A DNA stretch of 64,000 nucleotides from positions 54,851 through 118,850 of the IMG/VR virus record IMGVR_UViG_3300028048_000085; one strand, written 5' to 3'. Shown here in pieces: positions 19,308 to 30,271 of the stretch. The stretch is from a virus (Duplodnaviria; Caudoviricetes). Numbering within the stretch: position 1 is the first letter of the stretch; every line of letters begins with the position of its first letter. The notes beneath the pieces are model-generated. The model was not told where the DNA came from and ran no database searches. It saw only the letters and a program-made list of their open reading frames with translations. The translations under genes and the position numbers were made by a program.

Positions 19308-22300
19308 ATGGCTTATAAGGTTAACGGTAAAGTCTACACGGACCATCCATTGATGGATGAGATTGTGCATAATTGTAAGCTGATTATGGATGGAATCGTT
19401 GTTAAGAACCAAACGTTAGCAAATAGGTACGAGACAGAAGAGACATTAAACAATGCAGAAATCTACAAGATTCTGCATGATAATGGATCTATCTCTTTTG
19501 ATGTTTTCCCATTTACAAGAGAAGTATTAGCTGCATATGGATATACAGAAGCAGCTATTGATTCTTATATAGTAAATAAAGAAAACATCCCAAAATCCGA
19601 TCGTAACGATTTAATGGAATTCGTTGCAGAATATGTACCAGAGCATTTTGAAGAGAAGAATGATTACTACAGAATGTTAACTGGTTTGCCACCATACAAT
19701 ACAGGAACGCAGTATTATATTTATATTGATGATACATATCTTCCTTCTGGATTTGATCGAGAAGTAGATTTTACAGTACCATTACATGAATTAGATAAGT
19801 ATGTATTGGATGTGTTGTATTCTACTGGTAAGATGAACGAGATTCGTGAAGAATACCAGGGATCAAAGTATTCGTACATTAACTTCTTGGGACCAAAGAA
19901 GTTAGATCTATATACTGTACGTACTGCTAAGCAGTGGGATATCTTATATATTCCGTCTGTTTATTATATGGTAAAAGATCGTTTTGAAGATATCTATAAG
20001 ATCAATCAGGATATCTATCTAAATACGGTGTACCAGGATGCATATGCATATAATAGTGACTACTATGAACAGATGTGTATCATTATGCTATTAGCTCAGA
20101 CATTCAATGATATGGTCGTTGATGTTCCTGAGTGGTATATTCGTCGAGATATCTTCGATCTTCGTTCTGTGCAATACTTCTTAGAGTCTTATGGTGTTGA
20201 TTTCTATAAAGAGATACCACTGAAGTATCAGATTCGTATTGTAAAGAATATAAATAAGCTGATCAAGTATAAGTCTTCTAATAAAAACTTCAAAGATATT
20301 CTAGAAGTATTTAGTTTGGAAGATGCAAAGATTCATAAATACTATCTGTATAAGCATCGCCTTATGGATAAAGATGGAGTTCCGGTAGAAGGTGAGACAG
20401 ATGATGAGAAGTATGAATTAAAGTTCATTATCTCCGAATATGATAAATCATTTGATCAGTTTATCAATAACCAAATCAATATTAAACCTTATGATGACAT
20501 CACGTATGAGGATAAATATTGGGATGGTGAAGATACACATTCCTATATCAAATCACAAATCATAAATCAAGACTTCACAATTCAAGGTACCAAGTTTATG
20601 GACATTGAATATGAAGTAGATATGAGCAAGTATAACTATCAGATGAGTTACTTACTTGGTCTTATATTGGATTCAAAAGCTGATATGGATGATATCAGAA
20701 TCTCTGTACCGTCTTTGAATGCATATGTACCATTTAAAGTAAGTGATTTATTCTTATTGCTCTGCATCTTGTCTCAGGAATACTATGCTCCAGATACATC
20801 TGGTAGCTCCATGAATGTTCGTATACCAGAATTCAAGGAATTATCACCAGAAAAGACACCATATTTTATGGATCTTAATGGTGGTGAGAGTGGTACCGAA
20901 GATGATGATTATGATATAGAAGTCAATGGTAATATTACTACAAGAGATAATGGTACCGTTTGGCAGATTAATGCTGATGGTGGTGATGCTTATCTTGCAG
21001 ATGATGCTAGAGTTGGTGAGTTATTCTATGACTGGAAGAAAGAATATTTACCAGAGATATATGTGGATAAGAAACGAGTTGTATTAGGTTTCAATCCAGA
21101 TGTCAATATCGATGAATTGAAAAATGTTCTTCGTAGAAGACATTCTAAATTTAGATTTGGTAGCAATACACCAAAGTATGGTCCAATGGATAGTATTGTT
21201 GGTGAAGATTATCAAAAGCTGGCAGATGATTGGATTAAACGGTTAAAGCTCGATGACTATATCAGAGTAGATAGGAAGTTTGAATCTACAACAGATATCA
21301 TTGAGACTTATAGAAATAATACAAAGATCTATGAGAATCTAAAAGCTCTTGTAGATAACTGTGATAACGAGAGCGAGTATGCTACATTAATGTATGTATA
21401 CCGTCAGTTATTCACTAAAACATTTGATGATGGTTTCTATACATTATCTGATGGCTCAACTGCTAAGAATCTGAAAGATGTATTGAAGGATCGTAACTAC
21501 ATCTTGTATAACTCTTATACTACAATTATGTCTGACTCTAATAACGATAGCCGTAAAGATGCTATCCGTAATATTGAGAATGACATTGTAGATACACTGG
21601 AATACTATTTCCAAGGTGATGGATTAGAGTCACTCTTTGGATTTACATCTGTTGCATCTTTTGAATCATTATTACATTATATCTACTTGATGTTGAATTT
21701 CTTCAAATCATACAAGGTATATTTCTTGGATCCAGTGGTAACTTATAATGTCAATAATAAGAATAGTTTTGAGGATGGTAAATCCAAGTCAATTGATGTT
21801 TTTACAGAGATACGTGAGTTACAAGATGAATATGACCGAGCTCAATGCATCGATGCGTTCTCTATCAAGATGGAAGAAGATGTAACCGATTCAGCATACT
21901 CTATCTCCCAAAGAGAAATTGTTGACATTGATCAGTATTATATTCCTGATCTAGCATTTGATTATGACCTTGATGGTATGAATGCTGCTGATGGTGAGAA
22001 AGAAGGATATGTTGATATTGATGGTGGATTCTCAGATACAATTGGTCCATTCTTTGATATCAATGGTGGTAATGCACATGGTGGAAAGTTTAGAGTCTTT
22101 GACTTGAATGGTGCTGGTGCAGCTGAGCCTTACCATGGTGATATTAGTAAATATAACTTTGGTGTCGTTACAGATGATCCAACTGATAATGATCCACAAT
22201 ATCAAAATAATATGGATTTTGGTAATGAGGATAACGATACATCTAAAAAAGCAACATTCTTTATTGATGCTAATAAATTGGAAAAACCAGAAGTGCTAGA

Positions 22301-22805
22301 TATCGATGGTGGTTTTGCTTATAATCCATATGATCAACGTAGAGATTGGTTTGGTACTCAAGGATTTAATTATGTAATCGATGGTGGTTATGCATCTGAT
22401 CGTCTCTTTATTACAAAGACAGTAAGATTAGAGATTGTAAATAGAGCTCTGAAAGCTGATCTTAGATTATCAGAGAGATCAAATAATGGTATTGAGTTAA
22501 AAGATGATGGTATTTACTGTAATCTTGACAACTATATTGATCATACTTCTATAGATAATGCAGAAGAAGAGTTCAATAGAGAGTCTGAAGCTGCAATTGA
22601 GGAGGCTAGATCCAAAGTTAATCAGGTGAAGGAAACAACATTTGACCAAGAAGTAATCGTTCAGCTCACGGATAATATCTTAAATCCGATGCTTCAATCG
22701 ATTAATGATAACTATGCTGCTGTTACTAACTCCACTATGAAGAGAAATGTTCGAGCATATATGGATCAAGCAGCTACCAATCTTAGAGCAAAGTATATAA
22801 AGTAA
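19308..22805 (+). CDS. Large virion structural protein (baseplate-wedge-like) with D/N-G-G repeats
   Basis: 1165 aa; EKNDYYRMLTGLP, LIKYKSSNK; repeated xD(I/L)(D/N)GG; first gene of a late operon. Confidence 0.55.
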   Translation: MAYKVNGKVYTDHPLMDEIVHNCKLIMDGIVVKNQTLANRYETEETLNNAEIYKILHDNGSISFDVFPFTREVLAAYGYTEAAIDSYIVNKENIPKSDRNDLMEFVAEYVPEHFEEKNDYYRMLTGLPPYNTGTQYYIYIDDTYLPSGFDREVDFTVPLHELDKYVLDVLYSTGKMNEIREEYQGSKYSYINFLGPKKLDLYTVRTAKQWDILYIPSVYYMVKDRFEDIYKINQDIYLNTVYQDAYAYNSDYYEQMCIIMLLAQTFNDMVVDVPEWYIRRDIFDLRSVQYFLESYGVDFYKEIPLKYQIRIVKNINKLIKYKSSNKNFKDILEVFSLEDAKIHKYYLYKHRLMDKDGVPVEGETDDEKYELKFIISEYDKSFDQFINNQINIKPYDDITYEDKYWDGEDTHSYIKSQIINQDFTIQGTKFMDIEYEVDMSKYNYQMSYLLGLILDSKADMDDIRISVPSLNAYVPFKVSDLFLLLCILSQEYYAPDTSGSSMNVRIPEFKELSPEKTPYFMDLNGGESGTEDDDYDIEVNGNITTRDNGTVWQINADGGDAYLADDARVGELFYDWKKEYLPEIYVDKKRVVLGFNPDVNIDELKNVLRRRHSKFRFGSNTPKYGPMDSIVGEDYQKLADDWIKRLKLDDYIRVDRKFESTTDIIETYRNNTKIYENLKALVDNCDNESEYATLMYVYRQLFTKTFDDGFYTLSDGSTAKNLKDVLKDRNYILYNSYTTIMSDSNNDSRKDAIRNIENDIVDTLEYYFQGDGLESLFGFTSVASFESLLHYIYLMLNFFKSYKVYFLDPVVTYNVNNKNSFEDGKSKSIDVFTEIRELQDEYDRAQCIDAFSIKMEEDVTDSAYSISQREIVDIDQYYIPDLAFDYDLDGMNAADGEKEGYVDIDGGFSDTIGPFFDINGGNAHGGKFRVFDLNGAGAAEPYHGDISKYNFGVVTDDPTDNDPQYQNNMDFGNEDNDTSKKATFFIDANKLEKPEVLDIDGGFAYNPYDQRRDWFGTQGFNYVIDGGYASDRLFITKTVRLEIVNRALKADLRLSERSNNGIELKDDGIYCNLDNYIDHTSIDNAEEEFNRESEAAIEEARSKVNQVKETTFDQEVIVQLTDNILNPMLQSINDNYAAVTNSTMKRNVRAYMDQAATNLRAKYIK

Positions 22806-22815
22806 GGAGGATATA

Positions 22816-23697
22816 ATGCTAAATACTGTTTATTTAAACGATAAGGCATTAAGCTATGACAAATTGTCTAGTGATATGAAGAATGCTATTAATGAGAAGA
22901 TGTTTAGTGGTGTTAAGGGTACCAAAATTGAAATCATTAATGCAAATACTGGTGAGGTTGAGAATGTTTTGCATAACAAAACAGTTCTTACTGGATCAAC
23001 TCTCAATGCTTGTAATGCTTGGGGTGTTAGCCCATCATTCGTATTGCCTAATTATAATACAGATATGAATCTAGATCATACAGAAGATTATAATACGGTA
23101 GAGCCTAAGAATCTACCAATCATATGTCTATTCTGTGTATCTGATGCTGGTTGTGGTACAACAACAAAGGATGTATATGTTGCATCTTACGTTGATCGTA
23201 TTAAACCAGTTACAGATACAACAACAGAATTAAAGCCTGAGCATATCATGCCATTCCGTTATGTAGATTATGATAAGGATCTTTCAGAGGATCTTCGTAG
23301 ATACTACTTTGGACGTAAAGAGTGGGTAGATAAGGGTAAGATTGGTTATTACTTTAAGAAGTTTGATACAGAGCCTCAATTGCATCTTCGATATGCTGAT
23401 GGTACAATGATTACAGATGAGATGTATCAGTACGAAACAGATCAGATCGCAGAGTGTTATGTACAGACTCGTCTTAGAATCAACCAGAAGGATTTCAGAG
23501 ACTATTTTGATTCTGAATTAGGTTGGGATAAGGCTCGTATCAGTTCATTATCATTATGCTATGCTTGGTACGATGATACAATTGATGACTATGTATGGTA
23601 TCAGCAGATCACACCATATAGCTTACTGAACTTCCCATTCAAGGAGTTATCAGATCTCGATACTGCTATCGAGTTTGTATATAGTGTATACTACTAA
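22816..23697 (+). CDS. Putative baseplate/tail structural protein
   Basis: LHNKTVLTG, MPFRYV, GYYFKKF motifs; follows the wedge-like gene. Confidence 0.5.
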   Translation: MLNTVYLNDKALSYDKLSSDMKNAINEKMFSGVKGTKIEIINANTGEVENVLHNKTVLTGSTLNACNAWGVSPSFVLPNYNTDMNLDHTEDYNTVEPKNLPIICLFCVSDAGCGTTTKDVYVASYVDRIKPVTDTTTELKPEHIMPFRYVDYDKDLSEDLRRYYFGRKEWVDKGKIGYYFKKFDTEPQLHLRYADGTMITDEMYQYETDQIAECYVQTRLRINQKDFRDYFDSELGWDKARISSLSLCYAWYDDTIDDYVWYQQITPYSLLNFPFKELSDLDTAIEFVYSVYY

Positions 23698-23757
23698 ATC
23701 GTAATAGATGAGGATGGTATTGTCCCATCCTCATCTTTATTATAAGGAGGACTTATT

Positions 23758-25077
23758 ATGGTAGCAAGAGTTGCAAAGAATTGGACATATAATCCTAAGT
23801 ACGATGTCGAGGAGTTTGATATCAAAACATTAAATGTACAAAATCTCATCAACCAATTACTGGTAATTAAGCAGTCTGATATCAACTATGAATTTATCAT
23901 GGAGGTTTTTGGATCTTTCAATGGTAAATCCTTGTGTCATCATTATGATACATTCACTGTACCAGTGGGTAAGTTTAGATTTGTTGATGAGAGTAAGCCA
24001 GATCATCCAGTAATGGAGAATGTGACGCCTATTAATACAACATTAGGATTATGGATCTTCAATGTATTCTTCTTGAGAGATTTTAACTTCTCATGGGTTA
24101 TCGGAGGTTACATGAATGAGAATGTAACCACTGATGTATATAATGATATTAACCAGGAATTAGTATATGCTCTATTAGAGAACAAGATTGATTCCGTTCG
24201 TTATAAGAAATTCTTAGACTACTGTGGATTCATGATGCCATTCGAGGCTATATTATCTCCAAACCATTCCGAAAAGATCTTGGGATGTACAAAAGAGATC
24301 AATAAGATGAAAGCTAAGTTGATCAAAGAATATAAAGAAGAATTAGATAATGGTAATGCAGTTGTTGCAGAGATGATTGAGAAGAAATTGCTAGATTTCG
24401 CTTTAGAGTATCTCAAAGATGATCCAGCATTAGATCCATTGTTATCAGGAGCAGGTGGAGACTTAAAGAATAACTTTAAGAATCTCTATATTATGAAGGG
24501 TGCTGTTCGTGATCCAGACCCTAATGCAAAACATGAGTTCTCTATTGCTACATCTTCTTTCCTCGATGGTATATCTGCAGATGAATATTCATTATTAGCA
24601 AACTCATTAACCGGTGGTCCATATTCTCGTGCTAAGAAAACAGAGTTAGGCGGATACTGGGAGAAGTTGTTAGATTCTGCATTAAATTCTGTTATGTTGG
24701 ATGAACCAGGATCTGACTGTGGTTCTAAAGGATATATTACAATTGATCTTACTAAGAAGAATGTATCAATGTTTATGTATTCTTATATGATCAAATCCGA
24801 TGGCTCTTTAGAAGAATTAACAACAGAGAACAAAGATAAATACATCGGTAAACGAGTAAAGTTTAGATTCTCAGCATTCTGCAAATCAAAGAAAGGACTA
24901 TGCAACAAATGTGGAGGAAACTTCTTCTACAGACGAGGATCTAAAGCAATAGGATTAGCATGTGCTCAGGTACCAAGTAGTATAAAGCTTAGAAGCATGA
25001 AGAGCTTCCACGATAGCACAGTCAAGACAGTGGAGTTAAACCCAGCAGCTATCTTCGTTAAGAATCATACTAGATAA
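23758..25077 (+). CDS. Phage RNA polymerase beta'-like subunit (C-terminal part, probably virion RNAP)
   Basis: KTELGGYWEKLL, SDCGS, RFSAFCKS...LCNKCGG, AIGLACAQ, SMKSFH match beta' regions F-G and the Zn site. Confidence 0.85.
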   Translation: MVARVAKNWTYNPKYDVEEFDIKTLNVQNLINQLLVIKQSDINYEFIMEVFGSFNGKSLCHHYDTFTVPVGKFRFVDESKPDHPVMENVTPINTTLGLWIFNVFFLRDFNFSWVIGGYMNENVTTDVYNDINQELVYALLENKIDSVRYKKFLDYCGFMMPFEAILSPNHSEKILGCTKEINKMKAKLIKEYKEELDNGNAVVAEMIEKKLLDFALEYLKDDPALDPLLSGAGGDLKNNFKNLYIMKGAVRDPDPNAKHEFSIATSSFLDGISADEYSLLANSLTGGPYSRAKKTELGGYWEKLLDSALNSVMLDEPGSDCGSKGYITIDLTKKNVSMFMYSYMIKSDGSLEELTTENKDKYIGKRVKFRFSAFCKSKKGLCNKCGGNFFYRRGSKAIGLACAQVPSSIKLRSMKSFHDSTVKTVELNPAAIFVKNHTR

Positions 25078-25166
25078 TTTAATATTTGTATTCACGATAT
25101 TATTTTTTATAATACTACTAACTTTTATATAATAAAAATAATTATTATATAAAAAGGAGTAGTATT

Positions 25167-26117
25167 ATGGCAAAAGATTCAAAGAAATATGCAGAAATGT
25201 ATGAGGGTACGAGATATCAAACATCAACTGGTGAATGGTTCACTATTGAAAAGTATGTATCTAGCAGTGAGGTATATATACGATTTGATGATGCACCTTT
25301 TCAATTATTTAAGATCACTAGTTATAAAAATATTATATCTGGTACGGTATCTTTCCCATTTAAAACAAACAAGGATAATGGAAGTATTAGACCGTATTGT
25401 TTTGGTGGTAGAGATTTAGAAAGTATGAAAAAGCAATACATCGGAAATGTGTATAGAACTCACGATAATTCTTTAGCTGAAATAATATCATATACTGATG
25501 CAAAACATGTTGCTATTAGATTCTTAAATACTGATAATATTATCACGGTTGCTGCTAGAAATTTAGAAAAAGGTGAAGTAAAAAACCCTTATGCTAAAAA
25601 TACTCTCGGTGGATATACTGGTGGTTCTACAATTTATAATAGTAATGAGTATAAATGGTTATACACAATATGGTATAATATCCTTATGAGAACAAATCCT
25701 GATGCATCAGCGAAATATAAAAAATTCCAAAATTTCTCTGTATACAATGGAACTACAATTTGTGAAGAGTGGAAAAATTATAACACATTTGCATATTGGT
25801 ATATGACCAATTTAGAGAAACTCAATCCTAAATATAGGTACGATGTTGAAAAAGATTGTCTGTGCAAAGTAATGAAGGTGCCGAAAATATATTCTCCACA
25901 AACTTGTGAATTGGTTCCTCATGAGCTTAATCTAAATTTAATATGCAGGGCAGAAAAGAGTAGGTATACCACAGCAGAATCATTTGCTCAGTATAAAGTA
26001 GAGAAGGAACAGACAATTCATGAGTTAGCAGAGAAGTATTATGCTGAAGGTGCATTAACAGATAGAGGATATAATGCTCTGAAAAATTACTATGTTAATT
26101 ATGAAGATCTTGTTTAA
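25167..26117 (+). CDS. Free-standing HNH-type homing endonuclease-like protein
   Basis: Two N-terminal repeats plus WYNILMR...ICEEWKNYNTFAYW...VEKD...YSPQTCELVPHELN. Confidence 0.7.
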   Translation: MAKDSKKYAEMYEGTRYQTSTGEWFTIEKYVSSSEVYIRFDDAPFQLFKITSYKNIISGTVSFPFKTNKDNGSIRPYCFGGRDLESMKKQYIGNVYRTHDNSLAEIISYTDAKHVAIRFLNTDNIITVAARNLEKGEVKNPYAKNTLGGYTGGSTIYNSNEYKWLYTIWYNILMRTNPDASAKYKKFQNFSVYNGTTICEEWKNYNTFAYWYMTNLEKLNPKYRYDVEKDCLCKVMKVPKIYSPQTCELVPHELNLNLICRAEKSRYTTAESFAQYKVEKEQTIHELAEKYYAEGALTDRGYNALKNYYVNYEDLV

Positions 26118-26388
26118 TACGATACCACCTTTATTAATGACATAAGGTTAATAGCCTTATGTCATTTTAATTTTGAATTCGATCATATACTATATATTTG
26201 ACAGGAGGTGAAAAACAGTGATAACTTTTAATCGTGGACCAACATATAATAAACTTGTTAGGAGGTGATAATACAAGTAATATGTACACAAAAGATGAGC
26301 AATAGATATTGCTAACGATTACGCGGTTACCAAGATTTAAGTGAAAAAGATAGTGACCCTGACAATAGCAAAGTAAAGGAGTTTTATT

Positions 26389-27246
26389 TTGAAGAAACTT
26401 AATATACCAATGCTACTTATATGCTTAACTATTCTGTTAAACTTAAACGTAGTACCTGCAGTAGCAGGAGAGAATTTAACAGCTGGTGCCAATAAAATTA
26501 TGTATTCAGTATCACGAAATGACTATGATTCAGATGATGCTAATAGTACACTAGCTGGGGCAACGAGATCAATTTACAAGATTTTAAATGATTCGAAAAC
26601 ATCTGTCATTAATAATGATCTTGTAGAGGTTGGTGCTAGTGAAAATGAAGTAACTACTGATGGTACGATCGAAGTAAAAGAAGAGAACTTTGATCAGACT
26701 GGCTATGCCTCTACTGCTGTTGTACACAGAGCAGAAGCAACAAAAGATTCTGATAAGATTCAAACGATATATCAAAATAGTACAATTCATTATGTAAAAT
26801 CAAAAGATGATTGGACCAAAGTAAAATACAATGGTAAGATTGGTTATATTATGACAAAATATATCAGTGATAAACCAATCAAGATTGAAACAACAAATAA
26901 TGATTCTACAGATCATCAATCCATTCCTAGTAATTGGAGTGGAGAGAAATTAACACGATCGAATGGTCGAGTACCATCTCCTGGTGGTGGAACAGAGACA
27001 TTTTATAATATGAATATGTCTGGTGTAATACGAATCATGAGAGGTTTAGGATATACTGGTGAATACTGGGTACGTTCAGATGGGTGTAAAATGTTAGGTA
27101 ACTATATTATGGTTGCAGCAAAGATTGATCAAACCCATAAACGAGGGCGTATTGTACAGACTACATTAGGAATGGGAATCGTGTGTGATACTGGAGGATT
27201 TGTACGATCGAACCCATTAGGGTATGATATAGCAACTACTTGGTAA
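26389..27246 (+). CDS. Secreted SH3b + 3D-like cell-wall-binding/hydrolase protein
   Basis: Signal peptide; DWTKVKYNGKIGYI (SH3b); YIMVAA...GIVCDTGG...DIATTW. Confidence 0.7.
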   Translation: MKKLNIPMLLICLTILLNLNVVPAVAGENLTAGANKIMYSVSRNDYDSDDANSTLAGATRSIYKILNDSKTSVINNDLVEVGASENEVTTDGTIEVKEENFDQTGYASTAVVHRAEATKDSDKIQTIYQNSTIHYVKSKDDWTKVKYNGKIGYIMTKYISDKPIKIETTNNDSTDHQSIPSNWSGEKLTRSNGRVPSPGGGTETFYNMNMSGVIRIMRGLGYTGEYWVRSDGCKMLGNYIMVAAKIDQTHKRGRIVQTTLGMGIVCDTGGFVRSNPLGYDIATTW

Positions 27247-27373
27247 TCAATAAAAGTTGGAGTGATTTCTCACTCCAACTGCTTTTCTTAGAAAAGAGAA
27301 AATTATGTTTCAACCAACTTTAAATGTTAATAATGGACCGGCTAAACCTAGTTAAAATGTTTTTTTTTGAAAG

Positions 27374-28375
27374 GTGATAATAATGAGAGAGAATTATAAC
27401 GAATATGATATTACAAAGTTCAATGTAGATTCTATTGATGATACTGAAGAGGCAAAGAACTTCTTCGAGCGACAAATCGATATGGAGCGGGGATGGGACA
27501 ACTTATTTGTCAAGACGGGTGATAAGGAACCTGATATATTTGATCCAAATAATCAGATTTCGATGAATCTACAGGATCACTCTTTATCATTTCGACTAAG
27601 TTCAACAGATCCAATGGATGTTGGTAGACGACTGTATCGTAAAAAGTCTATTGATCTTGTACCGGGTCTAAATGTATTAGTTGGACCAAATGGTGTTGGA
27701 AAGACTACGATGCTAAGATGTATTCGTGATATATTAGAGAAAAACAATCTTGAGATATTCGAATATGATAATCTGAAGAAGGGTGGTCGTAATGCTGTAT
27801 CTTCAGCAGCATTCTTTGGAGATCTTACCTCTATGGTAAAGTTGATGACTTACTCTGAAGGTGAGTCTATCTTCTTTAATATAACATCATTAACAGAATC
27901 AATGGGTTCTTTTGTACGGGCTCAGCAATCTAAAGGTGAACCAGCAATCATATTATTTGATGCTATCGATTCTGGATTATCAATTGACTTTATGCTTGAT
28001 ATAAAGAATCTATTTGATTTGATGCATCGTATGGATAAATATGATAGTTTATACATCATCTGCACAACAAATTCCTATGAGTTAGCAGAGAATTCTTATT
28101 GCTGGGATGTACGTTCTTCTAAACCTGTTAAGTTTGACAAGTACGAACAGTTTAGAGAGTTTATTCTAGACATTCGTAAGAAGATAGAAGCAGCTGAGAA
28201 GAAAGCTAGAGAACTAGAGAAAAGGAAGAAGATGAATAAAGTCAAACATGATAAAAGTCATCAGATATCTTGGTGTGCTGATTGGTGTCCTAGTTCTAGA
28301 GAGTATAGACGTCATGGATGGTTGGGTAATCAATCTTATCGTAGACCTCGAAGTAATGATAAGAAGTTTTTCTAG
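27374..28375 (+). CDS. ABC-type ATPase
   Basis: Walker A GPNGVGKT, SEGE signature, Walker B/D-loop ILFDAIDSGLS. Confidence 0.8.
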   Translation: MIIMRENYNEYDITKFNVDSIDDTEEAKNFFERQIDMERGWDNLFVKTGDKEPDIFDPNNQISMNLQDHSLSFRLSSTDPMDVGRRLYRKKSIDLVPGLNVLVGPNGVGKTTMLRCIRDILEKNNLEIFEYDNLKKGGRNAVSSAAFFGDLTSMVKLMTYSEGESIFFNITSLTESMGSFVRAQQSKGEPAIILFDAIDSGLSIDFMLDIKNLFDLMHRMDKYDSLYIICTTNSYELAENSYCWDVRSSKPVKFDKYEQFREFILDIRKKIEAAEKKARELEKRKKMNKVKHDKSHQISWCADWCPSSREYRRHGWLGNQSYRRPRSNDKKFF

Positions 28376-28696
28376 AATATGTCATGGACGGAGAACAAAG
28401 AGGTAATAGATATATTCTACCGTACCATAACTAGATCTAGATTAGGAGTGATAGTAAGTCCGGGGTCATTAAAACAGAGAAACAAAAAGAAGAAGCTAGA
28501 AGAAAAGTAAGAGAAAAAGTTGTTCCTATGACAACGATCTTTATCTTTGGACCAGATGGTACAGTAAAATATAGCTATAATGCTAGAGTAGAGGTATTTG
28601 CTAAAGATAACATGATTTACTTTGATTATCATGGTAAGCGTCATGTATTCTACAACTGTGCTGTTGAGGTTATTATTGATAATAGGGAGCTCGATT

Positions 28697-28981
28697 ATGA
28701 AGACTAATGAAGAAATCTTGGCAGAAGCGATGTCGATCAATTGCTATAGAGATGATCATATTATCTATTCAGTGATTGTTCCAAAGTTCTCCAATATCAG
28801 TCAAAATGGTCAGGTATATGCTGTAACAGATGGAATCATTGTAAAGGGTAAAACAACAGCTATATCATTGCCACCAAATTCTATGATCATCAATACAGAT
28901 CTATTTGATATTGTAGAGATTACTAAGCCAGATGAAACGGGATTGCAAATTTTAGGTCAATACTTAAATGCGGAGAAATAA
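28697..28981 (+). CDS. Hypothetical protein
   Basis: Likely start MKTNEE after GGGAG. Confidence 0.55.
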   Translation: MKTNEEILAEAMSINCYRDDHIIYSVIVPKFSNISQNGQVYAVTDGIIVKGKTTAISLPPNSMIINTDLFDIVEITKPDETGLQILGQYLNAEK

Positions 28982-28993
28982 AGGAGGACGCTC

Positions 28994-29263
28994 ATGTTTA
29001 AAAGTATAAAAAGTATGTTGAAATTCAAATTCAGTAAAGGGATAAGATTAAGACGTAAGACTTGCCCTATATGTAGGAAGAAGCATATTATTATAGGTAC
29101 CAATATATCAGAATATGTTATGGTTAGCAGCACACTTAAAACCATTCGCTATGTTGATCTATGTAGACATTGTACTCGAGTATTTCTTAATATAGAAAGA
29201 GATTTAGGAATGGATTTAGATGGAGATACTGCTAATGTGGTATTCGGATTGCATACCGATTAA
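28994..29263 (+). CDS. Small Zn-binding protein
   Basis: CPIC...LCRHC; AGGAGG RBS. Confidence 0.65.
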   Translation: MFKSIKSMLKFKFSKGIRLRRKTCPICRKKHIIIGTNISEYVMVSSTLKTIRYVDLCRHCTRVFLNIERDLGMDLDGDTANVVFGLHTD

Positions 29264-29313
29264 CAAAGAGTGGCTCATCCTAATGAGCTACTTTATTTAG
29301 GAGGGATATCATT

Positions 29314-29445
29314 ATGGAAGTTGCAGTAATATTTTTATTAGTTGGAGCAATAGTATTATTAATGTCGGGTAGTATTGCTTTTGGAGATCCTGAAAATAAG
29401 AACTACAAAAAGGATCATGTGCAGCATAAACGTGCTGACATGTAA
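29314..29445 (+). CDS. Small membrane protein (43 aa, not in ORF track)
   Basis: AGGAGG RBS, MEVAVIFLLVGAIVLLM. Confidence 0.55.
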   Translation: MEVAVIFLLVGAIVLLMSGSIAFGDPENKNYKKDHVQHKRADM

Positions 29446-29578
29446 GTGCAAGCTAATACTTTTGAGTGATGACATAGGATGGATGATCAATTATAAAGAG
29501 TGGTAGAAAATACCACTCTTTATTTTTTGTCTTTAAATGCACATCTCTATAATTATGGTATAAATAATCCTTTGGAGG

Positions 29579-30241
29579 GTGATTAACATGAATAATGAAG
29601 AGTATCTGAGACAAGTTATAAAAGAAGCAGTAATAGAAGCTTTGAACGAGGCAGTAAATAATACGAGTAAAAAATCTTTTTATGAAAAGTCTTTTCTAAA
29701 TGGTGATGAAATTAAGATTACTAGAAGATTTAATTATGTAAATAATGGAATAAATAATTGCTGTGTAAATATAAAAGGTTACAAAGAACCTTTTAGAGCT
29801 AGATCAGAAATGCTTATATTAAAAGATGATAAAATTTATTTGGCAAAGATTCCAGATAAATTTAATGAAATCTTTAAGAGAAATTATATGGTTTCTGGAG
29901 GAAGTTGGGAACCAAAAGAAAAACCTCAAGATGCAGCAATTAGAGAAACTCAAGAAGAATTAATGGTTAATGTAAAGAATGTTAGGTATGTTGGAAACTT
30001 TTTAGTTCTTGGTGTTACCAAATGGGTAAAAGATAATATTCCAAAAGATAAACAATGGAGTGGATATTATAATGAATTGTTTATTGGAGAATATGATGGC
30101 AAATATAATGGGAAAGTGGATGAAGAAGATAAAGAAATCAAAATGAAAAATGCTGCTAAATTTTATGATATAGATAAAATCTATAATGATTTATGCCCAG
30201 AACATCAATATGCTATCGATACATATATTCTAAACCAATAA
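29579..30241 (+). CDS. Nudix hydrolase with N-terminal putative virion-targeting peptide
   Basis: Nudix box GGSWEPKEKPQDAAIRETQEEL. Confidence 0.85.
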   Translation: MINMNNEEYLRQVIKEAVIEALNEAVNNTSKKSFYEKSFLNGDEIKITRRFNYVNNGINNCCVNIKGYKEPFRARSEMLILKDDKIYLAKIPDKFNEIFKRNYMVSGGSWEPKEKPQDAAIRETQEELMVNVKNVRYVGNFLVLGVTKWVKDNIPKDKQWSGYYNELFIGEYDGKYNGKVDEEDKEIKMKNAAKFYDIDKIYNDLCPEHQYAIDTYILNQ

Positions 30242-30271
30242 AGATAAATTCGACAAAGGAGAAATCTTAAT

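Noticed and set aside
26290-26388. Riboswitch upstream of the SH3/3D gene
   Set aside because: Some pairing is possible (TTGCTA/TAGCAA, GGTTAC/GTGACC), but there is no match to a riboswitch consensus I can recognise.
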